A DNA stretch of 64,000 nucleotides, from assembly GCA_051362555.1 (NCBI GenBank), contig CM120648.1:3406587-3470586 (forward strand), read 5' to 3'. Positions within the stretch are counted from its first letter, which is position 1; each line of letters starts with the position of its first letter. Both the position numbers and the translations under genes were made by a program. Source of the stretch: Lingula anatina. Its lineage: Eukaryota; Animalia; Brachiopoda. Below the pieces are notes generated by a model that was not told the DNA's origin, did no database searches, and saw only the letters and a list, made by a program, of their open reading frames with translations. Shown here piece after piece: positions 47,101 through 59,700 of this stretch.

Positions 47101-50100
47101 TTAAAATACTGTTGATTAAAAAAAAAACGCTTTTTTTGTAATGTCCCGCGGTCATTTTGTTCAAACTCAGTATAATGTCGTTCAAATAGTATATATTGAA
47201 TTTTTATCACTGATTGGTATAATTAACATTTCAGATGATCAGGCAGAGAGAGGGGTTCGAGAATATTCATTCAAACTGAGAAATCCTGCCGAAAATCACC
47301 AAGCTTGTGTCAGGAATCGGGAAGCATTTCATGACTCTGGGAAAGTGAGCATTGTTTTTTCATTTAGTTACACGACAGTTCATCCTTGGGTATGATTATT
47401 CAATTATAAGCAGGACTATCTTGGAAATGATATTTGTAACGCCTTTGCTTTTAGGATGAGAAAAGTATATTGTTTGTTAAATGTGCTCAGTATTGAAAGA
47501 ATGGAAGGCATTTTACAGAATAACCCATTTTCTTTTTTGATTCTAGGACAATTTCCCCCCCGGACAATCCCCCCCCCCGGACTTTTCCCCCCAGGACAAT
47601 TCCCCCCCGCACGACCCCCCCCAAGAAATATATATTTATATACAAATATAAAGTAGAAAGTGTAAAGTTTAAAACATTTCATCCATTTTATTAATATTTT
47701 TAGTGTGATAATACAACTTCATCAAGAAACAAATTATTTTATAACAAATTACCTTTTCATTGAGTACAAGTACAGGAAGATTTATTAAATATCTAATCGA
47801 AGTATAACCACCTATCCTTCAGGTAAAGGTAGGGTAAACAGATGAACAGGTAAACATATTTTATAAATATTTTTAGTGTGGTGGATGGTGTGTAGTGGCC
47901 AAGCAATTAAAAGTGACAAATAGTCACAGGGATACCTGGATAAGCGAGAAAATCTGCTTACCCCACCTCTCCCTAGAGATGCACCTTGATTCAAGACTTA
48001 CTCAATCAAGGGGGGGGGGGGAGAAATAAAGCAATTAAAAGTAACAGTTAATTCATTGAAGGGCTACCTGGATGATTGAGATCATCTGTTTACCCCTCCT
48101 TTACCTGGAGATATATACTTTGATCAGATTTTTAATAAAATGTTCTGTACTTCTATCTCGAAAATTTTATGTACTTGTACTCCATGAAAATAATTTGTTT
48201 AATAAAATTAATATTATCTATCCTTGATTTGCATCATCACACTAAGAAATATTCAGAAAATGGAAAAGATTTGAACTTTGTACTCTTTACTTTATATTTG
48301 TATATAAATATATATATTCTTAGGGGGGAATCGTCCGGGGGGGAATTGTCCTGATACCTTCTTTTTTCTATACTATATTTAGACTTTACGATATATATAT
48401 ATATATATATTTTTTTTTTTTAGAATTGCTCTATTGTACAAAATTTCATATCTCGGCTGTTTGTTGCCAACAGATATTGAGTCTGAAAATTGAAAATTTT
48501 CTCTTCTTCATTGGCAGTTATGGCTAAAATAAGTAAATTAGTGTTATTTCCTTAATAGTTATTGTTTTTCCTTTCATTATTTTCAGATAATGTGCTCTGG
48601 AAATAACTGCCCTTTAGTCGTCCAATCAGATGAAGAAATTTGCGAAAGCGCGGTATACGAATTAGAAAATTTCGTTTTTGATTTGACCGTCGTCGCTAAG
48701 CCTTTTTCCGCAGTTCCACCGTTTGCTCCCTTTGATAACGAGACAATTTGCCGAGAACTACACAAGATAATCACGGACCTGTCTATTTCCGGTGTGACCT
48801 TTGACCCGGACTACAAAGCGGAGTGCGATTTACAAATGGTACCAGAAGAGATCACTGTCGCTCGCAATGCTTTAGTTACCCTTGACATGAAGTACACCAT
48901 AGAGGCCGCGGCCACGCCATTCCACCTGATCTCTCTCATGAACTACCTGCAGGACCATCTGGCGACCTTCCAACCCTCGGTTATTTACGACGACATGGTC
49001 ATATGGGTAGTTTCTGTTAGCGCAAACGGTTTTCACTACACAGAAATTCTTCAGGAAACTGACGGGTGGTACTGGAACGGGACACTCTTTCACCTCTACT
49101 GTCCCATGCTCGTGTTTCGCACCGATGTTTTGGCGTTTGTCAATAGTTCCCTATTGGAGTTTAAACGCCACAAGGCTGTCGTTTTCTCCTCCGATTTTGA
49201 GGTTCACGGGGACAAAGTATATATCTGTAAAGATGCCTATTTCAAGGCGTCCGAGATAGCTTTGGCGAAGATTAAGCTCGACAAACGTGTAAACGCCGGG
49301 TTCGAAGGCATCCTGTCCTTTACTCTCAGCACAATATCAGTAGTGGCCCTCTTTGTTCACTTTGTTGTTTATCTAATGACCCCTGCTCTGCGTAACCTGC
49401 CTGATAAGACGACCATGAATTTAGTCGGATCCCTTTTCTGTGCCCAGGTCCTTTTCCTGCTCGGCGCCGAGTCTGATTTTCGGTCAATGGTTCCTCTTTG
49501 TGTCACCATTGCTGTCATGTCTCATTTCTTCTGGCTTTCCACTTTCGCTTGGATGTTCGTCTGTTCATACAGCATGTTCCGTATCTTTACCCGCCCATTT
49601 CCCGCCATGAATTACTACAAGAACAGCTCCAAGAGGAAGCTGTGGCGGTACATGCTGTTCGCGTATGGCATCCCGTTGCTCCTGGTCACCGTTTGCATCA
49701 CCCTGCAGTACTGCGATTGCGCCGATATCAACATCGGTTATGGCCGCGATATTTGCATTCTGGCCGGTGCGCAGGGCATCGCTTACTTTTTTGGGGCCCC
49801 AATTGCCTTGGTTTTGCTTTGCAATATTGTTTTCTTCATCACTATTCTGATCACCATGCGGTCTGTGTCCACGGTTCAGATCCAGAAAAACAAAAGCAAA
49901 GGAGAAGGCAACAGCCAGCTGTTGTTGGTCACCGTGAAGCTGACCATACTGATGGGTTTCAGTTGGTCGTTTGGCTTCATTGCCATTTTGACCGATCTGG
50001 ACTTCTTCTGGATTCTCTTCATTGTCCTTAACTGTCTTCAAGGCGTCTCGGTGACCCTTGTCAATCTGTCCAGTAGGCGTTTCCGTACTCTTTTCCTGCC

Positions 50101-50257
50101 CCGCCTGAAGAGGTTCCTCAACAGAGACATGAAGCGAGACGCGACCAGTAGTAAACTGAACGGAACACTGGAGATAGAGCTGCCCTCTAGGGTACGCCGA
50201 GAAAACGAGCCGTGCAAGCAGACCGGCAAGTCCCTCGAGAGCCCGTCGTCAGGGTGA
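39622..50257 (+). CDS. Somatomedin-B-domain Methuselah-like / class B (adhesion-like) GPCR, 4 exons, ~1238 aa
   Basis: Exons 39622-40284, 45445-46717, 47235-47344, 48587-50257 with phases 0,1,0. Signal peptide MVGPLGPFLVAFLLFHTSYG; S/T-rich stalk; SMB motif CSCDVNCGIFGDCCLDF; Cys-rich motifs MVTSCP, LPVHD..SGITFRNQYCARCHNV; class-B 7TM motifs (LRNLPDKTTMNL, SHFFWLSTFAWM, YGIP, LMGFSWSFG, LNCLQG). Confidence 0.85.
41101..41151. repeat. (TA)n microsatellite
   Basis: Direct reading. Confidence 0.95.
41591..41706. mobile_element. Short Academ-like MITE
   Basis: TAG...CTA termini (TAGACACTCGAC / TCGAGAGACTA); 3-bp TSD GAT. Confidence 0.45.
42847..43147. mobile_element. MITE family 3-related copy in GPCR intron 1
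   Basis: Family-3 arms (GACTCTCGCCGAATGCAA / TTGCATTCAGCGCG); TSD TTA on both sides. Confidence 0.72.
44770..44899. repeat. Perfect 25-bp inverted repeat with 80-bp spacer
   Basis: TGCGTATAATCGATGGCACATACCA (44770-44794) and its reverse complement (44875-44899). Confidence 0.85.
45445..46717 (+). CDS. GPCR exon 2: mucin-like stalk, SMB and Cys-rich ectodomain
   Basis: ttgcag|GACTCC...AAGAGAG|gtgagt, within the 432 aa ORF. Confidence 0.9.
47235..47344 (+). CDS. GPCR exon 3
   Basis: tttcag|ATGATC...GGGAAA|gtgagc; phase 1 to 0, which bridges exons 2 and 4. Confidence 0.8.
47539..48358. mobile_element. Non-autonomous Mutator-like element (MULE), 820 bp, in GPCR intron 3
   Basis: Long imperfect TIRs with GGACAATTCCCCCCC repeats; 9-bp TSD TTCTTTTTT on both sides; internal ~125-bp diverged duplication. 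Confidence 0.8.
48587..50257 (+). CDS. GPCR exon 4: juxtamembrane region, entire 7TM and C-tail
   Basis: tttcag|ATAATG; 555 aa ORF with seven hydrophobic helices of class-B type. Confidence 0.95.
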   Translation: MMCSGNNCPLVVQSDEEICESAVYELENFVFDLTVVAKPFSAVPPFAPFDNETICRELHKIITDLSISGVTFDPDYKAECDLQMVPEEITVARNALVTLDMKYTIEAAATPFHLISLMNYLQDHLATFQPSVIYDDMVIWVVSVSANGFHYTEILQETDGWYWNGTLFHLYCPMLVFRTDVLAFVNSSLLEFKRHKAVVFSSDFEVHGDKVYICKDAYFKASEIALAKIKLDKRVNAGFEGILSFTLSTISVVALFVHFVVYLMTPALRNLPDKTTMNLVGSLFCAQVLFLLGAESDFRSMVPLCVTIAVMSHFFWLSTFAWMFVCSYSMFRIFTRPFPAMNYYKNSSKRKLWRYMLFAYGIPLLLVTVCITLQYCDCADINIGYGRDICILAGAQGIAYFFGAPIALVLLCNIVFFITILITMRSVSTVQIQKNKSKGEGNSQLLLVTVKLTILMGFSWSFGFIAILTDLDFFWILFIVLNCLQGVSVTLVNLSSRRFRTLFLPRLKRFLNRDMKRDATSSKLNGTLEIELPSRVRRENEPCKQTGKSLESPSSG

Positions 50258-50556
50258 CCATGCGCAGGCGCTGGAGGTCAGTTTGGGACGCACCTTCCTA
50301 CTTCATCTAAGTAGTGGGAAGCGAAACAAAGTGTTGTCGATTTTTAGTTTGTCTGTAACCGTCACTCTGTATTTTGTTTCAATTTAATGGATGGAATATG
50401 TATTCGAATAGGTGACAAACAGAGATGCGCGCGCATGCACGCGTGTGATTGTGAGGTGAGGAAAGTATGCACTGTACTGTATTATATTTTTTTCAAAGTA
50501 TTAGCAGCCAAGTGTCTTATATTAAACATTGTGATTCTTTACACTTTTCGTGTGAG

Positions 50557-50593
50557 CACACACACACATGCACACACACACGCACGTATATAC

Positions 50594-50638
<45 letters not shown>
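50557..50638. repeat. Interrupted (CA)n microsatellite downstream of the GPCR stop
   Basis: Direct reading. Confidence 0.9.
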
Positions 50639-50639
<1 letters not shown>

Positions 50640-53600
50640 TTTTACACATTTTATACCAACTTCATGACTAGATTTGTGAAACGCTTGTTACTTCAAGCTA
50701 AGACATCTCGCCAACACAGAGATTGGCGTTTTCCCGAGTTTCATGACAGCCATGTATGCTTTGTTGCCGCCAACTTATTGTAATAGTAGATCTTGCCATT
50801 CTAATATTGATTTTACTCCTAGTTTAGAACAACACTTGCTAATGCAAAATGAAGGAGATTTTCCCCGTAAACACTTGATGTCAATTCTCTTGCATAAGGT
50901 ACACTTATGTTTCTCAAAATAGAAAACGACGAGGCGTAATTTACAATAATATCTGGTCCACGTTACAGTGCTACAACCGTGACACATACTTCTACATAAT
51001 ACGATATTGTTTTGGTAATTTATGCTATCACTGAAACTGCAGTTGTCATAAGTATTTGTTTAACACATTTGCAATGGGCAGTAGCAAATATTTTTTTCAC
51101 ATATTTGTTTAACGTAATGTGATAACGTGATAACGTAATGGTCGTTAGATATTTCATGCCAATATTATTTGAACCGTTATTATTCTAGCTATTTTAGAAA
51201 ATAGACTATTATTATAATTATATTAAAATATTTTTCAAAATGGACATGTGAAATACTTTAAGTATGGCACTGTTTTAAATTAAAAACAAGATAAAATATT
51301 ACACGTACTTCACTAATTAAGGTCATCCAGCTACCTTTGAGTCTTTTGGAATCTCAAACTGCACATGATATATTATATGTTTATTTATATTTCTTTATAT
51401 TTTGTAGATGTATTTAAAGTTGACGTACATAATTTTGTTCAGTAATGACTCGATCTTCTCAATGGCCAAAAAAGTTATCAATCTTTCAGATACATAATTT
51501 TAGAATCATTAGAATATATATTTCTATATGGCATTTGTGATGCTTTCTCTGCATGGAATTGAACTTAGGGCAATTGAGTGCCAATGCTCAACAGAAATAT
51601 TCTTATTTCAAGCAATTGTGACTTTAAAAACACAAGGTCTGTAAAATTCACAATTTCCCCCATGAAAAAGATCAAGTCATTACCGTATGCGCATATTTTA
51701 CAGAAGTCACACGTGCCTTTCTGGCAGGTTAACCTCTACAAAACAGCACACTGTGAATTTTAAAGGTTTTTTATTCCCTAAGATTTTTTAAAGGAAATGT
51801 CAATATATTTTAATTTTTTGTTATTTCCAAATTAGCATATTCTATTTTGAAAAAAAAAAACAGAATTTCATCAGCACTTTTTTGAGTTGAATATGCCGCT
51901 GATCATGATCTGAGTGAATGGTTTCAACAAGCGTTTTCTTCTGTTAAAAAAATATACATAAATATATATTTTTATATTTGGATAAAAGAGATAAGTATTT
52001 GTTTAAATGGAAATAAAATATTCAGGACGCACTCTGTGTCTTTCTCATTGTCGCGTTTTCTCTAAACAAACTAAAGTAAGCTCCCTTTTATAGTCGTAAA
52101 CCACTGCCAAATTGACCAACAGGCAACGTTACATTGCGTTGCACTGTTTTCTTATTTTTTCCTTTGGGGCACACAGGTGAGGGTATATCTAGCCTATTTA
52201 TTGCCAAAAGAACAAACACTACAAGTGAAGGAATCTAGCTTTAGCCTTAGCACAGCTCAAGCTGCTGTTTACACAGGCTTGCCAGCGCTTGGGAAACGCA
52301 TTTTGGCATTCTCACGCCAATACTAATTAGTGGCTGCATGGAGGTAGCTTATATCTTGGTCTCCAACACATTTTCTCGGTAGCCTATGGATTTTCGAGAA
52401 TGGTATAACGGTATACCCGGGTAATCCCTGTTTCGGATAACGGCCATCTTCCGTGGAATAATGACATTCACTTCTGATCATGTTTGCCTAAATAAACTTT
52501 GAAAAGGGAGAAAATGATACGTTTCGTCAATTTATGTGAAATACATGGAGGAGGGGCAATCATCAAAAAATAAATTTGCTGAAACCTTTCAATCCTTTTT
52601 TCACGAAAATCTTTTTCGTTCGTGCAGACCGCTGGTCTAGTAAGTCACTGAGCGCGTTTCTTGTCAAAAATAATAACGGTCTAATGATAAGGCGAGGAGT
52701 CGTGTGTGGAAAATGCTTCGCGCTTATTCACGCAGAGTTGACAATGATTGACAGCCAGCGAAAGGTCAGAGCAACGTCTGATTAGCGTGTCTGTCTATAC
52801 GATTCTGGGAAATGCTCGAATTACTTGGAAAACTGATACCAATTTTGTAATTTAAAAACCAAGTCTCTGCGTCATACCTTATTGTCACAACTAATTAGAA
52901 ACGAAGGAAGTCGCATCTGCCGCCGTATTGTCTTCTAAATCGAGAACATCTCGCACAAGTTATCAAGTATCTTCAGTTCTTCGATAAACGCCTGATTAGC
53001 GTCATTATCCCTTTGGTTGGTTTGCAGGGGAAGTTAGGGTTGCATGCCAGTCGCCTATTTGGTTATAAATCATGCAAACTGTCGGCTTTGTTATGTCACT
53101 GTTATTGCAGAAAGCTTCGCTTATCGTTTTTTCTCTTTTCGAGACGAAACAAAATATCATGAATGCTACATGGTTTGGCTTCGACATCAGGAGAAACATA
53201 TACGACGTCTGGAGGGGAGCATCGCCGGGTTTTAACCGGTGCCTCTAACGTAATTAAGGTTCTTTTAAAAAAAATTAAAAAGACCAAGGTGCGAAACCTT
53301 TCCTACAATATTTCATATTAATCCATATTCTTAAAAAAAAAAATGAACTAGTGCACTGACTGAAATACACTTCCGTTTTGGCATTCAGAGGACATTGCAC
53401 AATCACATCAAATTCGCCTTTAAAAGAGAGTCATTTGTATTTATTTGTATGAATCATTATACCAAGTCCACTTGTGCAGCATCACTCCGCAATCAAATGA
53501 GTCCACACTCTACTAGCCAACCATGCATTTTCCTTATATATAAGATTTTACTTAGTTGCAGAGTTCTCGTTAAACAGATGATAATCTCACCTCAATTTAC

Positions 53601-56448
53601 AAAGCAGCAAAATTGACGATAAACGCATCCTCAGAAATGCACTGCATGACGTCACGCTTAGCCCACTGCGCATGCGTGCACTTTTAATGAGTTGCTAGAT
53701 TGCCATAGGAAAATGAATGGGTTCGCGATTCGTGGGTAATTCGTGATAATTGACTAACTTACGGCCTGATGCCGATAGACAGCAACGCTGGGATATGCTT
53801 CAAGCAACTCCTGACCAAATATCGTTAGGGTTTTTAAAAAATTTCTGTTGTACACACGTACTAAGAAGTTTGCCGTGTATTGCCTAGCCTACCCTCAGCA
53901 AAACGCACATATTTTCAGAAATAGTGATTTTAGACGGTAGATTCACTCAGAAACAAAGGCAAACTAATTCGTTGCCGATAGCACCACCAGATACCAGCAC
54001 CATACAGAGTCTGATTAAAAACTTTCATGGCAATTGAAGAGCTTTTACCACTGTACAATGGAGTCCAAAAAAACACTTGGCACAAATGTGAAACTGCCCA
54101 GTGCAAGGCCAAGAATTCAATCAGTATTTTCAATCATATTATCAGATTCTACATAAATTGACTGACAATATCACTACTCAGTATTTAACTAATCTCTTAA
54201 TCCAAAATTCCTATCATCATTTAATAATAATACAAAATTCTTCTTTCAGATTGCTATTTATTTTAAATTTTAATGCTGCAACTGTTCCAAAATAATCTTG
54301 TAGTAAAGGAAAAATGCTAATAAGAAGTGGAAGACCAATTTTACCCACATTATTCAATTATTTGAATATAAAAAGAATAAGATCACGATTTAACAAATTA
54401 AAATAATCTTTCATGAACTCTTTCATGAATAACATATTAAACAATATTAAAATTATAAATTAGTGGTAATGGATTATTCTGGAATATATGACCTCTGCAC
54501 ATCATCAGTACCTGACTTGGTACAGTATAGTTACTACTTGGATACAGAGTTAGATTTAATAATGTAACAATAAGAACAATATATATTACAATAAACTTCT
54601 CTGCACATGTCAGACGCTTGTTACCATGAACTAACACTACTTGACAACGGGCTGAGCACTTATCACAGAGTCTGTGTGCGGTGCCATTGTTGTGCTGTGA
54701 TTGGCTAGTTGCGTCACGCGAAGCCCTACTGTAGCGCCCTCGCGTATCGCGTGAATGCTGCACATTTCTGGCCATGGCTTGCTTACTCAATACGCAAAGG
54801 GTGCACGGGTGATGAGTAAAACAACAAAAAGTAGCTCTAAAAGTGTTTATTGTTTATTGCAAATAGTGCTAACATTAGTTATTATATAAAAGGAACGTAA
54901 ACAAATGCTACTTTGCTAAATATGGACCTTTATAACGCACCGACCATCTAGACTATCTTAAAACCGAATTCAACAAAATCGGTATAAAGCTCTCTTTCCA
55001 ATCTTTAGTAGGATACATTATATATTGCCAAAATTGAGATATAAAAGGTACCAGGGCTTTTGCTTTCCACTAACATGATATACTAAGTACGTGCATGTAC
55101 AAGTGTGGGCATTTGTAAACACAGAAAATTAAAATGTTAGGATCTTGGAAGCAACTACAGGTACATGTACAGGGAGTACAGTGATCTTTGAGCAGACGCT
55201 TTATACAGTTTATATACAAGGTGCAATAATAGCGACATTTCTGGTCAATTTACACACAGTAATTACAGTAAATTAACATTATGGAGATACTGCCGATGCA
55301 AGCAACACCTGTACAGGTGAATAGGCCTACCACCAAAAAACATGTTGAAGTAACAGGCTTGTCATGTTCAGCTACATGTACAGTAGCTTGTCTAAAAGTC
55401 AACAAAATAAATTCAAGTCAAATTTATAAATCCATATCATTAAAGCTGAAAATGATTTTGAATAAAGTCAACTTGTCAGATGTGAGACAACCGGATACGG
55501 ATGAAAACTTTCAGTATTATAAACCAAACGCATACGGATAGAGGAATATTTTCAAATACTCTTAAAGGGCGTTTCATGCAGCATTACATATCAAGAATGA
55601 TCAAGTTGGCAAATAATTTGCAACAATACCGTGTTAACAGAGACAGAGTTCATTGCCCTGCACATAGTCAACGTGTCATAACTCGTGCATTTACAGATTT
55701 GTCCGTCTTCCTGGCCGAGAAAACACTGGGGTTCATTCCAATAATGACATCTACCCGCAGAGTAACAACGTCTTTCCGACTTTGTACAGCAAATCATAGA
55801 TCAAAACCTAAGACGAATTTTAATTACCAAGTCAGCAAACGATTTGCAACAATATCGTCTGTCCGTCTGCCTGTCTGAGAAGACACAGTGGTTCGTATCA
55901 ATGAATAGATCTACATGCACAGTGGCAAAGTGTTTCTCTTTTTGATCATCAAATCACAGATGGATACCTAAGACGAATCTTAATTAAAGATACAGGTGCT
56001 AGCATGGATTTTTATAAGACCCACCTCCTGAAATGAGAAAATACACACCATCGTGGTTTTCCAACATTAAAAGGGCGGAGATGGTTAAGTCTTTATTGCT
56101 GTCTTTATTACAGGTACCGTACATCATTACCTGTGTACATATGTACCTCTCCATTAACAAGGCCCATTAATGCATACTTTGAACTGCTAAAATCTACTTA
56201 ATGTCAATTAAATGTCACCTTCTTTCAAAAAAAAGTGAGGTTAAAGAGAATTGTGACTAATGCATGTAGTAGACGCCTGTGTTTGTTCTGATCAGTGCAG
56301 TAATTTCGTAGTCAGCGTCCGGATGACAACGCTGAAAGAGGCCACCGCATGAAAGAGTCATTGTTTTTGCGCCCTAGTCCTATATATAGTAATAGTTAAT
56401 ACAATAGAGAACTAGTAGCTACTTATAAGCAGCTGATTGTGTACATCG

Positions 56449-56770
56449 ATGGCCCTGAAGATGTCTGGAGTCGTCTCAATCTTGAGTTTAATCTACCTGT
56501 GTTTGGCCATTCGCTCTACACAGTCGTACGGCGGAGAATTCTATGATGGAAAACCGTCTGGGTACGATGACCCGCCGCCGTGCGAGGACCTAGGAATAGG
56601 GCGGTTTTGTATCGCGAACTGTTCACTGCCGGGGATATACGTGTGCCCGCGCCGGCACTATTTCATCCCAGACAAGCCTCCCATTTTGTCCGCGTGTCCC
56701 AGTGGGTTGCTATGTCAACAACGAGGTGGAGGGCGCGTGAAATGCGCGTATGGCTGGGATTGTCATCCAG
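56449..56770 (+). CDS. CDA exon 1: signal peptide and Cys-rich module
   Basis: ATG at 56449 (or 56461); hydrophobic leader; CATCCAG|gttagt; TATA-like ctatatatag ~65 nt upstream. Confidence 0.78.
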
Positions 56771-59700
56771 GTTAGTAAAACGCATTGGGATCATTTTAAA
56801 GTTCAGTTATAAGGAGACAGAATGAGGTACAAGGGTATTCGTTTGCATGAATTTTTATTGCATGTTTTTCTTTCTATCTGTCTCTTTATCTAGCTTTGGA
56901 CCTTCGTAACGGTGTGTCTGTCCACATGTACGTCTTCCTGTTCGTCTTTCCATCTGTCTGTCTGTATAGATCTGACTCGTCTCTATCTCTTACCATGTGC
57001 TACTTGTAGTTCTACAGTACATATACCACCTACCGGTACTACGTTGCTTTGCCCGTCTCTCCAATTTGAGGATGTAATGATTGGTAAATGACGGTCGAGA
57101 AAAGTATCATTAAAAGAAGTTCATCACCAGTCAATGTCTCATAGTTAATCTGGGACATTTATCAAGCTGGCTATTAGTCTGATGGATGGAGGTCATTATT
57201 GGTGACCTTGGGTCTTGTTGCTGAAGTATTAACGGCATTCTTACACGGCAGTGACAGTGCAAGGTTGGTCAATTAAAGGGGACTGTCTGGGTCTCTGCAT
57301 GAAGAGGTCTTCATTTTGATTATTTTCTAATTTCTATTCCAAAGGTCATGAGACTACTTTCCAAACGGAGTACCATTTTGTATAAAATCGATTGTTTTGC
57401 CCAATTTACGTACGGATTTTGTTTTAGTTTGGCTTGATATTTAGATTGAATCCTCACTTGAAAAATACGAATGTCTTTAAGACGCGTGACGTAAAAAGAT
57501 ACTTATCGTCTTTTGCGTTCGGCGCGTATTGAACCAGAGGTTTAATTGATAGATGTGCTATCACTGAGAACTTGTAAACGCTCACTTTCAACTAAGGGCA
57601 ATTTTTTAAAGTACGTTTAAAAGTGCATTATATATGTATGGGCATACAACTAATTTCTAATTCAACTTTCAATACAGTCGACTAAATGTAAATACCTTTT
57701 GGGTAGAGGTTAACTTTCCCATAGTAACTGACTCTCCTCTTCTGTGATTAACACTAATGGCTCATTTCCAATGAAACTGTCTTTCTACTTAGATCGATCC
57801 AACTCCGCTGGTACTTTTGCTGAATGTAATTAGTTTAACAGATTAACACTCCTACTCTTGTTTGCATCGTACTCGTATTATAACGGGCTTTCTGTATTCT
57901 TCTCAATACCAGGAGGAGGTGTGTTAATCTGTTAAACCGATTGCATTCAGCGAGAGTCCCAGTTGAGTTGGATCGATCTACTTAGAACTATAGTTACCGG
58001 TATATTGGGAATGAGCCCAAAGAGGACCCGTTTCATATGGAGTTATTGGGGTGATTAAAAATCTTATCCCAATGTGATCTCTATTGGCAACATAGGATAA
58101 AGTGATCTGAATGCTCCTATTAATCATTGTAAGTTTTTTAATCGGAGTCACATGCATTGCGTTTACTTCTAAAAAAAAACGACTGCATTTAATCACAATC
58201 ATTTGATGTGTTGAAGTCTGAAGGGTCGCACCATGTTGCATGTAGACATATTCAAGACGTGACTGTAAAAAACTAATGGTACAATGGCATGCATCTCATT
58301 GTTAGAGTAGATACACAGTAAGAGACCAAGCTATACGTACCTGTAAATAGAAGTTGCATACATATATGACCACGCACAATCTCAACCTAGCGTTTTGGTT
58401 GGTCATTATTTAGCACGTTTATCATTTAAATTTCATAAATCTTACAGTGTTAACTAAGACATTTTTAGTGCGTTTAACATTTTCTATTTCATATTTCAGT
58501 GACTGATGACCCCAACGTGACCATAAGCACTGGACCCTCTACCACGCCCGGACCAAGTAAGTGACGTCATAACACGTGGTCCTAACAAGACGTTTTGTCA
58601 GTGCACTAAGGCAAATAATCTAATCAATTAGCTGTTGATCGTGCCCGAATTCATAATTTTCTTTCTTGAATTAATCTAGAAAGTGGGATTACAAGTAATT
58701 TCTGAATTGAAAGATGGTATAAATGTATTAGGTGGAAGGATATATTGTTGGTTACTTGCAGACGATTCCGTATATTTGGCATCTTGTTTGTATAGTAGGT
58801 GTTAGTATCCGAGAGACAAGCGTTCATTCTATAGATCAATATACATTTAAATCAATTTTTTCATATTTATAAATCTCTATATCGTTGTAATACGTCCCGT
58901 TCTAGGTGTGGTAACAAATGTAATACCAGGAAACCTGTCTAGAGACGAGATACCTCAGTTTGTCTACTTTTCTTTCGATGATGCCGTCAACCGAATGAAT
59001 TACAATTTGTACTCCAACCTGTTTGCAGGGCGTTTCGTAAACCCTAACGGTTGTCCCACCACTGTCAGCTTCAATCTATGCAATGAGAGTACAAAGTAAG
59101 TGCCAAAGTCGCCCCCACCATGCCATGAGCTTCGATTTTTGTATAGGGGTCTACATGAAGAGACTACTAAAGGGTTCTTTTAACATTCCTTAACATCTCA
59201 AGGATGGTAAAAAGCTTCACTTTAAATGAAATGGATATCCAACACATTCCATTAGGGCCGTACAGTAGCAATATAGTCCGACGGACCATTGGTCCGAAGG
59301 GTCCATATTCCAAATTAATGCACGAATAAAGTGTAAAAGGGTACTGGTAATAACGCAAAGTTCAGCAGAGGCTCGTGCATACGATTTTCGGACCTCCGGA
59401 TTATCGAGACGCTCCCCCTCACATTCCATTCCATAAGGGTAGTTCTACTAGGAAATGCAGTTGTAAATATTCGAAAGCATTGGTGTTGTCTCAAGAAAAA
59501 ATTAAAGTAAGCTTTAAACGATTATATATACGCCTTGTATTCTAAAATAGGCCTATATGTCTCTTTTTCTTAACTGTAGCTATGAACTGGTTCGTCGCCT
59601 CCATCGGCAAGGACATGAGATAGCCAGCCATAGCATTCTACACACCAACCCCAAATTCTGGGACGGAGAGATGTGGGAATACGAGATCCAAGGAATGAGA

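Noticed and set aside
49498-50041. Overlapping 177-aa and 158-aa ORFs
   Set aside because: Alternative-frame and antisense shadows of the GC-rich GPCR 7TM exon.
51317-55100. Possible Kolobok-type (TTAA) elements and promoter-like CpG patches between the GPCR and CDA
   Set aside because: I could not pair the termini or TSDs convincingly and found no coding exons, so boundaries cannot be supported.
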